DNA of 63,560 bases, counting the filler, from Chiloscyllium plagiosum (Eukaryota): NCBI RefSeq assembly GCF_004010195.1. It is 4 parts of one record of this genome, joined end to end, with 100 filler letters (N's around TTAATTAATTAA, not from the genome) between each part and the next. Parts side by side here need not be neighbours in the genome. Positions count along the whole stretch, not along the records: positions 19,306 to 39,626 come from NC_057717.1; 3 more parts are not named here. One strand, written 5' to 3'. Positions 25,201 to 38,878 of this stretch are shown piece after piece. Numbering within the stretch: the first letter of the stretch is position 1; every line of letters starts with the position of its first letter. The translations under genes were made by a program, and so were the position numbers. The notes below the pieces were generated by a model. The model did no database searches and was not told where the DNA came from. It saw only the letters and a list, made by a program, of their open reading frames with translations.

Positions 25201-28200
25201 GATATTTTATTAATTGTTTTTAACTTGCACCAGTTGCCAGAGAATTATCCTGGTCTGATTAGCAATCCAATGACAATTCCACAACAGCACCATCTCCACA
25301 TGCGGGCCTATCGGAAACCACACTGAACCGATTATTTCTGTGCTGTTTGACAGCTCTATCAAAAATAACCCCAACCAATATGACTATCGTGATGGGACTG
25401 AGGGCGTGGTAATTGTTCTGATTGTAATTATTCCCTTCTTAGGGGATGGGACATAGTTGAGTAATTACCCACATTAGGAGAAAGTGAGAACTTCAGTTGC
25501 TAATTACCCACATTGCCAGGGAGTTGTCAGAGTTGGAGCTGGAAAGAAACAGCTTCCTCAGGTACACGGCTTGTTTTGTAGCAAAAGTCCTCAGTCCTAT
25601 TGCAGGAATGGTGTCAGGGCCAAATGCCTTTGTCGTATCTACAGTGTCCAGCTGTTGCTTCATGTCACGTGCAGTGAATTGAATTGGTTGAAGACGGGCA
25701 TCTGTGATTCTGAGGGTATCATAGTGAGGATGAGGTGGGTAATCGACTCAACACTTCTAGCTCAGTATGGTGCAGATACTGCATCTTTTACATGGATGCT
25801 CAGGGCTGTTCCATTATTTAGGATAGGGATATTTGTGGAGTCCTCTCCTCCAGTAAGTTGTTTAATGGTCTATCGACTTTTATGCATGGATTTGACAGGA
25901 CGAGAGAGCTTAGATCTGATTTGTTAGTCTTAGGCTGATCTCGCTCTCTGTATCAGATGTTAGTCCTGCTGTTCGTAGTGAAGCCAGTCAAGTGCGGTAG
26001 CTTTAATGGGCTGTCATCAGGTTTAGGTGCACGTGATTGCGACCCCACCATGTTCACCCACACTCGTCACTGACCCATGGATCGGCTTGATGGAAATGGT
26101 AGATGGATAGACTATCTTGGGGGAAAAGATACAGATTGTCATTGAAATCTACAGCATCAGATGATAACCCAGTTTTAGCTGCAATATCTACAATTCAATT
26201 CTACTGACTGGCTCCAGTTCACAGCGAGACCCATTCACCCATCAGCCCTGTATTCAGTGACATACTCTGGTTTCTGATGCGGGAATACTTCCATTTTTAT
26301 ATTCTCATTCTGCTGGAAGTCTTTCCTAGGTGTCACGCCTCCTATTTTTTACATAAACAATATCCATTTAAGGTATTAATCTGAATCTTTTCCTTTCAGT
26401 CATGTCACCTTCTGTATTTGAAGTGAATGTGTTTCCTTCTGTTTTTCTCCCTGACCATGATTCAGGGCTCTGTAGCATCAGTGATGCGAGCCTTATGCAG
26501 TTTCAGAGTCAAGGAACTTGTCACCATGCGTTACTGTTAACTTGTCACCATGCGTTACTGTTCAGTTCCCAGTGTATGGCACTCCATGTTGGACAGGATG
26601 TTTGGGAATCTTTGACAATATGTCGTTGGAAATTGTTCTTAAATAAAACTTGCTGATGAAATTGCTAAAGATGTTGCAGAATTTTCTGGAGTGAATGCAG
26701 AGTTTAACTTTCAGGTCCAGTGAACCTTCTAGAAAGGTTTTTTATTTTTATTTCCAGTATCCATAATTATTTGTTTAATTGAAAAATTGTTCTGCGCCTA
26801 TTCATTTCTGGAGAAACTCAGCAGGTCTGTCAACATCTGCAGGGAAAGAGAAACAGAGTTAGCGTTTCCAGTCCAGTGTGACAATTCTTCAAAACTGAAT
26901 ACAATTGCAAAATGGTCTTTTAATCCCTTGCCAGATGTGGAGGATGGGTGGCAGGGAAAAAATTTTGTGGCAAAAGAAAAACGGGCTTTTAGCCGTGGTG
27001 AACGAAAATATTATGTATAATGGGTCGAATTTAAGGTGTGAATGGGGGAAAGGGGTTCTCTCTATTGAATGCAAGATAAAAAAGACACAACCACACAAAG
27101 TTATACGGAGGCCAGGAGGGAGAATGTTGATGATGTGGTATTATATAGATTTGGCCACAGATACGTTTTCACTGTCTTCATCATCACCCCCTTTAGATAA
27201 AGGAATTCAGGTGCTTGACTTCTTATTGGCACTAGTAAGCGTTTCATGCTGCCTTAATATTGTAATATGGAGAAAAATAAATCACAGTATGACATTTGGG
27301 CTGAGTGTTGGTTACCTCTCATTGTTAATATTGTTTCAATTTTGCAGTGATTATCTTTAAACACTTGTTCTTGAAGTTAGCATCGGATGGAGTGTAAGAT
27401 GATTGAGGAGTGACATTATAGAAACTTATAAAATCATGAGCGGTATGGATAGGGTCAATAGCCAAGGTCTTTTCCAAAGGGTAGGGGTATCCAAACATAG
27501 AGGGAATAAGTTTAAGGTGAAAGAGGGTCGATTTAAAAGGGAGTAAGGGGCAGCTTTTTTACACAGAAGGCGGTGTGGGTATGGAATGAGATTCCAGAGG
27601 AAGAGTGGGAGATGCAAGGGCAGCTACAAAATTTAAAACTCATTTGGACAAACATATGAATGGGAAACATTTAGAAGCACATGGACCTAATGAAAACAGA
27701 TAGGACTAGTATAGTTTGGAAAACCTGGCAAGCATGGACATTTAGGAAAGCTTCACGCAGAGTCAGGGTGGTTTTGTGAAAGGGAAATGATATTTTGCCC
27801 TGTAAAATCATGCAAAGTATTTCTGGAGATGCCTGAGAATGTAACAACGGATTTGATAAAGGGGATCTGGTAGACACGAGAGATTTTCCACAAGGTATTA
27901 CAAAACAAAAGTTCTTACACAAAACAGAAGCTCCAGGACGTCGGATATTGTATTAACATGGGATGATGATTGGTTAACACAGAAATCGGAGAGTCAGGAT
28001 TAATGGATCTTTATGATAAGGGTGTATCTGCTGGAGTACCACACATATCAGTCTGATGACATCAGTTATTTACAATCTATGCTGACAGCCTGAAGGAGGG
28101 AGTTGAGTGCAATATACATCCGAGTTTGAGGATGACACTGAGAATCAAAAGGCAGGCTGTTACTTAATGGAGAAGACTTCCAGAAAAGGAACAGCAAAGG

Positions 28201-30118
28201 CATTGAAGTCTTCCTGTGTATGAAAAATAAAGTCAGCATGCTGATGCAGCAAGTAACTTAATTGGTACATTAGGCGGTTTCCTGGGAAGAAAGGGTTGTG
28301 TTATTGAGAATCTCTAAGATGGTGAGGCGATAATTCATTGGGGTTTAAATGAATGAGGAGTGATACTGCTGAAACATACAAGACACAGAAGGGGTTGGAG
28401 AAGGGAGATGTTGAGAAGTTTTTTCCATTCTTGAGCAAAGTGTCGAACTCGATGATATAGCTACCGAATAACGAACATCGATTTCAATCTGAGATGTCGA
28501 GTAATGTCTTCTCTCCGAAGGTAGTGAATGTCTGGAATTCCCTAACTCAGTGAGGTGTGGAGGGATACAAGGAATCGGCAAGAGAGTGGAGTTGAGCCCT
28601 CGAGTAGATCAGCCATGTTCTTGTTAAATGAAAGTGTTAGCTTGAGGGGCGGATTGACCTACTCCTGTTCCTATTTATTAATTTCACATGTTATGCTTTT
28701 GGAAAGTAACGGGTTATTTTGCTGGAAATCGTGTTATACAATATTGCATTCAGGGAGAGCAGAGGATTTGTTGTTTTAACCCTGCCTGTGGTATGTGGCT
28801 GTATTCCCAGCGTATCTGGGTCTGCAATATGACCTACATCTGGAGCAGACGTTACAGAGAGGGGAAGCCCGGAAACAGAGACTGGGGGGGTGGGGTGGTG
28901 GTCACTTCCTGATCTAGCCTGGATTTTCCAAGTAGATTTCCAAAACTACACCGAACGATCGGAGTGGCCTCGATCTTCCCCTGTTTAGCATGTCCGAGGG
29001 CTGAATGTAACATCAGAACATAGGGCTGAGGGACACAAGTGGGCTATTCGGCCCTTTCACACTACTCCACCAATAAATAAGGTCATGGCTCATCTCATTG
29101 TGATCCCAGCTGCACTTTTCTTTCCATGTACCATTATCCCTGATTCACCTATCCATGGAAAATCAGACAAAGCCAGCTTAAATATAATATAAAGGTCCAG
29201 CCACCCCAAACTACTGGGAAAGAGAATTCCCACTTAACTGGGGGAAATCCACTTTGTGGATTTATCCTAATTCCTGCTCTGATGGATGTTGGAGGGTGTC
29301 ACCGTTTCCTTTTCTCGTCCCATTCCTCCAATGCTCACATTAAATTTTAAATGTAACCAGGTTGGTGATATGGCCGATGATAAAGTTCTCAGACTGAGTC
29401 AGGTTCAGTGACAGGAACAAGTCAGGCAGATTTCTTTAGTTAGCCACAAGTAACTAATAAAGCTAACGGATGCACATGGTGGATCTGTGGTTAGCACTGA
29501 TATCTCCGTCACCAAGTAGCTGCGTTCAGTTCCAACCTCGGGCAACCCTCTATGTGGGTTTTAAACATTCTCCCCATGTCTGTGTGGATTTACTCCCAGT
29601 GTTCTAGTTTCCTCCCATCGTCTATAGTTATGTAGCTTAGAGCGGATTGGCCATGCTAAATTGCCCATAGTGCCAGGGATGTGTAGGTTAGATAGGTTCA
29701 TCATGAGAAATGCAGGGTTACATGGATACAGTAGGGGGGCAGGTCCGGAGGGGATACTGTTCTGAGGGTCAATGTGGACTTGATGGACGGAATGTCCTGC
29801 TTCCACACTGTAGAGATTCTATAAAAACAACAAGCAGTTTGGATTATACAAACACCCAGTGGGTATCTATCTGATCACTCTCCTCTAGGTTTTGTATGTT
29901 TCAATAAGATCACCTCTCATTCCAAGAGGAACCTGTTAAAGCTTCCATAATGTAAGACCCTCATCCGTGAAATACATGAAGTGAAACATCTCCGAACTGC
30001 TTCCAACTTAATATATCCTTTCTCAGATAAGGAGACAAAAATAATCTCTCACACAGAAGAAGTTATTTTTTGTTTTCTCAATGGTGAGAGTATTTGGATC
30101 TCTCTTCCCTGCAGAGCA

Positions 30119-30410
30119 ATGGTTAGCACTGCTGCCTCAGCGCTGTAGACCCGGGTTCAATTCCCGCCTCAGGCGACTGACTGTGTGGAGTTTGCACGTT
30201 CTCCCCGTGTCTGCGTGGGTTTCCTCCGGGTGCTCCGGTTTCCTCCCACAGTTCAAAGATGTGCGGGTCAGGTGAATTGGCCATGCTAAATTGCCCGTAG
30301 TGTGAGGTAAGGGGTAAATGTAGGGTATGAGTGGGTTGCACTACGGCGGGTCGGTGTGGACTTGTTGGGCCGAAGTGCCTGTTTCCACGCTGTAATGTAA
30401 TCTAAAAATC
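30119..30410 (+). mobile_element. young 5'-truncated HE1-like SINE, right arm only, flanked by 77-bp direct repeats
   Basis: 30042-30118 matches 30411-30487; single empty site in the left arm at about 10750-10825. Confidence 0.9.
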
Positions 30411-30680
30411 TAATCTCACACACACATGACGTTACTTTTTGTTTTCTCAATGGTGAGAGTATTTGGAACTCTCTTCCCTGCAGAGCATTGGAGGCAGAGA
30501 TATTGAATATGTTTGAGGCACAGACAGAAGGTGCATAAAGAATAACGGAGTCAAGGATTATCGGAGAATGGCAGGAATGTGCAGTGTTGGGGAAATGCTG
30601 ACAGTGGTACAAAATCACACTGCTCCAGCACATCCAGGAATACAATGCAAAATGAAATGATAATATCGATAAAATGTTAA

Positions 30681-33600
30681 GGGGAAATCCCAGATGGTGG
30701 CGATCTGGAAGGTCTGCTTTGTTGGGCTCTGCATCACAGCACGGGCAAAGTCGTTCCCTCACCCACTCCATCCCAGCCATTTACTTAAAATGCTTAGTTT
30801 TGGAAAGTTTTGAGAGTTGGCAGTTGTAGTAGCCTTAGTTTGTGTAGTTGTTAAGCTTTATGAGACTTTGTTTAGTAATGATTAGTAATTCGAGTTCTTC
30901 CTCTCTCGAGTTCAAATGTTGCTACAGTGTGTTTGGGGTTAAATGTGCTTAAATAGTCTACCTGGAGCATTAAGATGAGCCATTGGCCAGAAAAGAGGAA
31001 ACATTTACTTTCTAGTCTTAAAAAAGAGAGTGGATGTTGTCCTAATGCAGGAGATGCACCTTGATGACAAGGAACATTTGACATTACAGCAGGTCGGGCT
31101 TGATCGGGTTTATTTCTCGACTTTTAATATTAGGAGGAGGGGAGAAGCCATAATGGATAAAAAGAATCTTCCATTTCACCTACTAGACTGTATTTGACAC
31201 TCACGGGAGGCTCATAATACCCAAAGCCTTGAACGATAGAAAAGAATATAGTATTTTGAATGTTTATTGCCCCCCCCCCCCCCCCCCCCCCCCCCACCCC
31301 CACTCCTAGTGTACCCTCCAAATTCAGTTATCTTGCATCGTGGCACATTATTGTAGAAGTTTTCAAAAGTCTTGTGGACCCCACGGTGGACAGAATGTCG
31401 AAAGGTGCCCCAATACCCTCGTTGTAACGTAAGCAATTAGTGGATATGTGTGCAGAACGAGAGCTGATGAATGTCTGGTGGCAAATCCACATCACAAACA
31501 GCGATTTTATTTTCTTCTTTAACCGGCATAAATGCCACACGAGGGTTGATTTCTTCCCCATTCCTGCAACAATCTTTGATTCGATGGCATCCTGCACAAT
31601 TGGGAATGTTACCATTTCTGACCATGAAGCAGTATACTTATTGATTAACATTAAGTGCAATATAATAGATTCGAGACACGAGCGAATGTATCCCTTTATT
31701 CTAAAGAATAGTTGGTTAATTGAGTAGTTATATTAGATTAATTACAGTTTAGAAACAGGCCCTTCGGCCCAAAATGTCCACACCGATCTACCCCCTGACA
31801 TTTGCTCCTTCACTGAACACGACAGGCAATTTAGCATAGCCCTTTATTCTAAAGACTAGTTGGTTAATTGAGTAGTTAGATTAGATTAATTACAGTTTAG
31901 AAACAGGCCCTTCGGCCCAATTTACCTAACCTGCACATTTTTGGAGTGTGGGAGCAAACCCACGCAGACACAGAAAGAATGCGTGAACTCCACACAGACA
32001 GTCACCTGAGGCAAGAATTGAACCCGGGTCTGTGGTGTTGTGAGACAGCAGTAGCTAACCATTGCGCCAGTGTGCCGACCAGCGCAACGAATTTAAATCT
32101 TTCTTAGCCATTAATTCAGATTCAACCAATAACTCATCCACTCTATGGGAAATTGCTAAGGCTTATGCCAAGGAATAATTATTCCTTATGATGTAGCAGA
32201 AGGGGAGCAGGAACGCTGGTTTGAGGCAAAGCTGAGGGCAGCCGAGAGTGCATAATGTGATTGTCGCTCAGTGGCTAAGCTGCAGAGGATTACAACGCTT
32301 CGGTCTACAGTGATTTCCACGCTCACACAGACAGCCAAGAAGGAACTTACTTTTGCAAAACAAAGACTGTTTGAACATGATGATAAGCCAGGCAGGTATT
32401 TATTCTATCTTTCCAGGAAAACGAGCGCCCCACTTCAGCCATTGCCTCAATTAGGGAAGGTACTGGGATCCTTACCTTCAATTCCAAAAAGATTAATGTC
32501 TCCTGTCCGAGATTTTTCACCGAATTATTTCAGCCTGAACATTTTCAGGATAGATGGAATAAGATGGAGTCATTTTTCAAGAACCTGGGTCTTCCAGGAG
32601 TAACCCTGAATAGATGTCGTTCCTTAATGCACCATTGTCAGCTCAGGAGGTTGTGAAGCAGCTTGTAAAGGCGCACGTTCCTGATGGATTTCCTAGTGAA
32701 TTTTATCAATAATTTATAAACCTATTGTCAGGGCTGATGTTTAACGTGTTCTGTCACTCATCCAGTCAGGAACCCCCCCCCTCCATCCTTAAGAGAGGCT
32801 CATATCTCTCTGATGCTGAAGAAAGGAAGGCTGAAGAAAGGAAGACCCTGGAGGATTGTGCTTCTTACACGCCAATCTCACTTTTAAATGTTGGGCTCAA
32901 AATCCTGTCTGAGATCCGTGCATTAAGGTGGAATCTTTGCTGCCTTCCGTTACCAAAGAGGACCAAACCGGCTTTATAAAGGGCCGCAGATCTTCCTACA
33001 ATTTTAAGAATTTACTCAATATGATCCAATAGTGTCAACAAGAAACTGTCCAGGGATTATTGATCTCTTTAGATGAGAGAAGGCATTTGATTGTGTTGAG
33101 TGGCCGGATCTCTACTGTACATTAGAACGGTTTGGTCCACGCAAAGTTTTTATCAAGTTGGTGAGGGTCCTTTACCGCGATTCTCTGTCTGTGGTTCTCA
33201 CTAATCAGGAATATTAATATTTCTCCAGGAAGCCGACAAGGTTGACAACTTTCACCATTGTTGTTTACGTTGGGGATTGAGCCACTGGCGGAGCCATTCG
33301 TAGGGATGCCAACATATCTGCCCTTGAGGTGGGATCGAAGTCACGAAAGATTACATTATATGCAGATTAGGGTCTTATGTTTTTGTCAAATCCCGCAATT
33401 TCGGTAGTTCATGTGATGCAATGCATTGATTCGCTTGTTGCCTTTCCGTGCAATAAGATTAATTTTACAAAGTTGGAGGCCATGCCTACGGGAGGTCTTA
33501 GGGAAATACCTGATACTGAGGACAAATCCTGGATTCCTTTTAAATGGTCACGGGGGTCGTTTCCCTATTTCAATATCTTCATTACGTTTGTCTTTGATCA

Positions 33601-36600
33601 TGTATTTAACGTGAACTATGTCCATTTGTTTGACAAAATTAAACAAGACCTTCAAAGATGGAAGCATTTCCAATATCCTGCCTCGGTCAGATAGCTGTTA
33701 TTAAAATGAATGTCCTTCCTCATTTCCTACACCCAGTTCAAATGCTTTCTATGATGTTTCCCAGACAGATATTTCGGAAACATAATGGCTGGTTTAGCTC
33801 TTTTATTTGGCACCATAAGCGATTCTTTATCTAGCTAACGACGTTGCAACTGCCCCACAGATTGTGAGGAGTAGATGCCCCCGATTAAAAGCAAACAATT
33901 AAGTTTTTTTTTCATCGTATGTTAGTGCCTGGGTCGCTGAGGTCTCGGCATCAATATAGCTCGACATTTAGCCCTCTCAGACAAAGTCTGTTGTTCTTAG
34001 ATAGAATGACAACATTTATGGAATATTGTCATAAAATAATGATTATCAATACTGTTAAAACTTGAAGGACAATGCGTCAGATCGAGGCAATACAGCCAAA
34101 GCCATGTTTCTTACCCCTATAATTGGTATACCGGGGATAATGTATTCCAGGTTTAAACTGTGGTCAGCGAGGGAAATACCTTGTTTTGGTGATTTAGAAT
34201 TATAGTATCCCTACAGTGTGGAAACAGGTCCTTGGGCCCAGCAAGTCCACTTCGATCTTCTGAAGAGTAACCCACGCACACCCATTCCCCTACCATCTTA
34301 TATTTACCCTGATTAATGCCCCAACTTACAGATCCTGGAACATTATGAGCGATTGAGCAATGGCTAAGTCATCTAACATGCACATGTTTGTGACTGTGGG
34401 AGGAAACCTATGCAGTCACAGTTGAGAATCTACTAACTCCACACAGCCAGTCACCCAAGGCTGGAACCAAACCCATGACCCTGGTGCGGTGAGTCAGCAG
34501 TGCAAACCACCGAGCCACCACGTGTTACTAGAAGGAGAAACAATGATAACGTTTGATCAAATAACTCGTAAGTATGGACTACCTAGTAGAGACTTCTTCT
34601 GGTTTTTTTTCCAGATTAGAGATTTGATTAAAAAACACAATTTTAAAAGATACTTATAGATCCGATACAGAGAAGCAGGTGATTATTGTAAAGAATACAC
34701 TCTCTGTCAGTACTCTTTANNNNNNNNNNTTTCTCTCAAAATTCAAAGTGGGATTATGTTCAGCGTGTCCGAAATGCAGAATGACTACAGACACTCTTAC
34801 TCATTGCATGTGGTCCTGCTGCAGGCTTCCTATATATTGGCACACTGCGTTAGGTGTGGTAGAATGGGTCTTGGGGACCGAATTGGAGATGGACCCGGTT
34901 TTGCTTTTCGTGGGCCTGGCCAGAGTATCTTACGCAGATGTACATGGGAATAAAAAGTATATCTTTACTTTCTATGCTAGGAAAAATGTTATGTTGTGTT
35001 GTAATTTTGAAAATTCCCATGGTCTGTTGAGACTTTGTAAGCTCATCATGGAGAATATCCCTTTGGACTTTCTCACCAGCATGATGCAACAAAAAACAGA
35101 GATCAATATGAGTGATAGAGTCATGGAGAAGTACAGATACCCCGGAGTGAGTTACAGACTGGAATCTAATCGAGGGTTTCAGGCTACAGAATAACAGGTA
35201 GCCCGGAGTGAGTTATAGAGACATAGAATCATAGAGATGTAAAGCATGGAAACAGTCCCTTCGGTCCAACCCGTCCATGCCGACCAGATATCCCAAATCA
35301 ATCTAATCCCACCTGCCAGCACCTGACCCATAACACTCCAAACACTTCTTATTCATTTACCCATCCAAATGCCTCTTAAATATTGCACTTGTATCAGCCT
35401 CCCTGATATCACCTAGCAGTTCATTCCATACACGTACCACTCTCTGTGTGAAATAGTTACCCCGTGGTTCTCTATCATATCTTTCCCCTCTCACCCTAAA
35501 CCTATACCCTCTCGTTCTGACTCCCCGACCCCAGGGAAAAGACTTTACCTATTTACCCTATCCATGCCCCTTATAATTTTATAAACCTCGATAATGTCAC
35601 CCCTCAGCCTCCGACGCTCCAGGGAAAACAGCCCCAGTCTGTTCAGCCTCTCTCTATTGCTCAAATCCTCCAACGCTGGCAACATCCTTGAAATCTTTTC
35701 TGAACCCTTTCAAGTTTCACAACATCTTTCCGATAGGAAGGAGACCAGAATTGCAAGCAATATTTCAACACTGGCCTAACTAGTGTCCTGTACAGCCACA
35801 ACATGATCTTACAACTTCTGTACTCAATACTCTGACCACTAAAGGAAACGCCTTCTTCACTATCCTATCTATCTGCGACTCACCTTTCAAGGAGCTTTGA
35901 ACCTGCACTCCAAGGTCTCTTTGTTCAGCAACACTCCCTGTGACCTTACCTTTAAGTGTATAAATCCTGCTAAGATTTTCTTTCCCAAAATGCAGCACCT
36001 CGCATTTATCTGAATTAAACTCCATTTGTCACTTCTCAGCCCATTGGCCATTTTGTCAATCTGAGGTGACCCTCTTCGCTCTCCACTACACCTCCAATTT
36101 TGGAGTCATCTGCAAACTTACTAATTGTACCTCTTATGCTCGCATCCAAATCATTTATGTCAATGACAAAAAAAAGTGAATCCAGCACCGATACTTATGG
36201 CGCTGCACTTGTCACAGGACTCTAGTCTGAAAAACAACACTCCACCACCACCCTCTGTCTTTTACCTTTGAGCCAGTTCTGTATCCAAATGGCTAGTTCT
36301 CCCTGTATTCCATGCGATATAACCATGCCATTCAGTCTCCCATGGGGATCCTCAACAAAACCCTTACTGAAATCCCTATAGATCACATCTACCCCTTTGC
36401 CCTCATCAACCCTCTTTGTTACTTTCTCAAAAAAACTCAATCAAGTTTGTGAGACATGATTTCCCACGCACAAATCCATGTTGACTATCCCTAATGAGTC
36501 CTTGCCTTTCCAAATACATGCACATCCTGTCCCTCAGGATTCTCTCCAACAACTTGCCCACAACCAAAGTCAGGGACCCTGGTCTATAGTTCCCTGGCTT

Positions 36601-37426
36601 GTCCTTAACACGCTTCTTAGACAATGGCACAACGTTAGCCAACCTCCAGTCTTCCGGCACCTCACCTGCGATTACCCATACTACAAATATCTCAGCAAGA
36701 AGCCCAGCAATCACTTCTCTAGCTTCCCACAGAGTTCTAGGGTACACCTGATTAGGCCCTGGGGATTTATCCACCTTTAACCGTTTCAAGACATCCAGCA
36801 CTTCCTCCTCTGTAATATCGACATTTTGCAAGGTGCCACCATCTATTTCCCTAAATTTTACATCTTCCATATCATTTTCCACAGTAAATACTGATGCACA
36901 ATACTCCTTTCGTATCTCCCCCATACTTCCTGTGCTAGTAAAAATATTCTGTTGTGTTTGATGTCTGAAAACCCCCCGGGTCTGTTGGGTGGTTGTAAGC
37001 TCGTCATGGAGAATATCCCTTTGGACATTCTCACAAGTATGGTGCACCGAAAAGCAGAGATTCATATAAGGTATGGCAACCTTTTTAGGATTACCACGAT
37101 ACAGGCTTATCTGCCACTCTAAAAAGGGCTTTTTATAGCCCAATCGATATTGTTTAATGAATCACATATGAAGAATTATGAACGTATGAATGTGTGTCAG
37201 TTCAAGCTCTCGAAGAATGAGAGCTATCACTTTGTTATGCTGAGCCTTATTATTTATTTATTATGTATTATTTATTTTTGTTTTTCTTCTGCCCGTTTAG
37301 AGACTTTAACTCATTTTGTACATACATGCACATGGGTGTAATTTTGTTCAGTTATTTGAGTTGTTTTGTTATTGGTTTAATATAATAATAAAATATCTTA
37401 TTCAATAAAAAAATTTGTTAAAAAAT
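30681..37426 (+). mobile_element. decayed L1-clade LINE, copy 2 (ORF1 deleted; SINE and CR1 insertions)
   Basis: EN, RT and Cys-rich remnants; AATAAA and A-rich tail; TSD taaaatgttaa (30670-30680) / gaaaatgctaa (37427-37437). Confidence 0.85.
35110..36923 (-). mobile_element. CR1/HER1 LINE fragment inside L1, flanked by 144-bp direct repeats
   Basis: ORF 36427-37143 contains KSPGPNQVYPR and SQHGFVRGKSCLTNL; counterpart of 3045-4660. Confidence 0.9.
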
Positions 37427-37469
37427 GAAAATGCTAACAATGATTGATTAGAGTCCCAAATAACACTCA

Positions 37470-37635
37470 TGAGAGAGACCACTCATGGTGGTTTGCGTTG
37501 AAGGTCACCACACGGGTGATGGGGTGTTGTTGAGAGAGCATCCCCTTCATGGCAGCCTCTGTCAGTGTGGGGAGTTGAACCTGCGCTGGTGGCCTTCCTC
37601 TGCATCACAAACCAACCATCCAGCCAACTGAGTGG
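37470..37635 (-). mobile_element. old tRNA-derived SINE (paralogue about 62255-62412)
   Basis: Minus strand ctcagttggctgg...gcaggttcaactccc A/B-box-like. Confidence 0.5.
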
Positions 37636-38002
37636 GAGACTGTGTAATGTTGCACACAGAATCAGTCACAAAAAAGGGCAAGAGAAATTTTAATGACAAG
37701 GGAAAAGATGGATTCGAGTTAAAAATGTTCTCGGCTAGAAATTATATTTTAAAATGAGACAAGTGTTTGGAAGCTGCCTTTGGTTGAATACAATAAGATG
37801 AGACAAGTGAAATAACCAGAATGACTAATTATGATTAGATATCGATAACTATAAAATAAGTGCATGTTTTTGATTGGTCTGTGGAAAGCATGCTGACTGT
37901 TGCATGAATTTATAAATCAGATGAAATATATTGTAAGGAGATTCCGTCCCCACAGAAAATGCCTTGTGAACACATGCTAGAAGAAACCCGTGGTATAAAG
38001 TA

Positions 38003-38878
38003 TAGAACATAGAACATAGAACAATACAGCACAGAACAGGCCCTTCGGCCCACGATGTTGTGCCGAACTTCTAACCTAGATTAAGTACCCATCCATGTAC
38101 CTATCCAAATGCCGCTTAAAGGTCGCCAATGATTCAGACTCTACCACTCCCACGGGCAGCGCATTCCATGCCCCCACCACTCTCTGGGTAAAGAACCCAC
38201 CCCTGACATCTCCCCTATACCTTCCACCCTTCACCTTAAATTTATGTCCCCTTGTAACACTCTGTTGTACCCGGAGGAAAATGTCTCTGACTGTCTACTC
38301 TATCTATTCCTCTGATCATCTGAGAAAACCTCTATCAAGTCACCCCTCATCCCTCGCCGTTCCAACGAGAAAAGGCCGAGAACTCCCAACCTATCCTCGT
38401 ACCACTTCCTCTCCATCCCAGGCAACATCCTGGTAAATCTCCTCTGCACCCTCTCCAAAGCTTCCACATCTTTCCGAAAGTGAGGCGACCAGAACTGCAC
38501 ACAGTACTCCAACTGTGGCCTAACCAAAGTCCTGTACAGCTGCAACATCACTTCACGACTCTTGAATTCAATCCCTCTGCTAATGAACGATAATACTCCA
38601 TAGACCTTCTTACAAACTCTATCCACCTGAGTGGCAACCTTCAAAGATCTATGTACATAGACCCCAAGATCCCTCTGTTCCTCCACCTGACTAAGAACCC
38701 TACCATTAACCCTGTATTCCGCATTCTTATTTGTTCTTCCAAAATGGACAACCTCACACTTGGCAGGGTTGAACTCCATCTACCACTCCTCAGCCCAGCT
38801 CTGCATCATATCTAAGTCCCTCTGCAGCCGACAACAGCCCTCCCTGTCCACAACTCCACCTATCTTCGTATCATCTCA
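38003..38878 (-). mobile_element. young CR1 LINE 3' fragment with (ttctatg)n tail
   Basis: ORF 38300-38779 MEFNPAKCEVVHFG...LEYCVQFWSP; about 99% identical to 54979-55235. Confidence 0.95.

Larger units (their letters stand above)
22960..38002. repeat. segmental duplication copy 2 (inverted vs copy 1 up to about 36850; direct vs copy 3 over 29135-38002)
   Basis: Collinear similarity to both other copies. Confidence 0.95.

Noticed and set aside
31270..31301. Poly-C/G tract as a functional G-quadruplex
   Set aside because: Paralogues at about 8980 and 9953 have much shorter runs; slippage expansion in a dead L1
3045..36850. Arms as uncollapsed haplotypes
   Set aside because: About 8-10% divergence and several arm-specific insertions are too much for alleles
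36427..37143. 238-aa ORF as a host or fusion gene
   Set aside because: Chance join of antisense L1 sequence to CR1 ORF2
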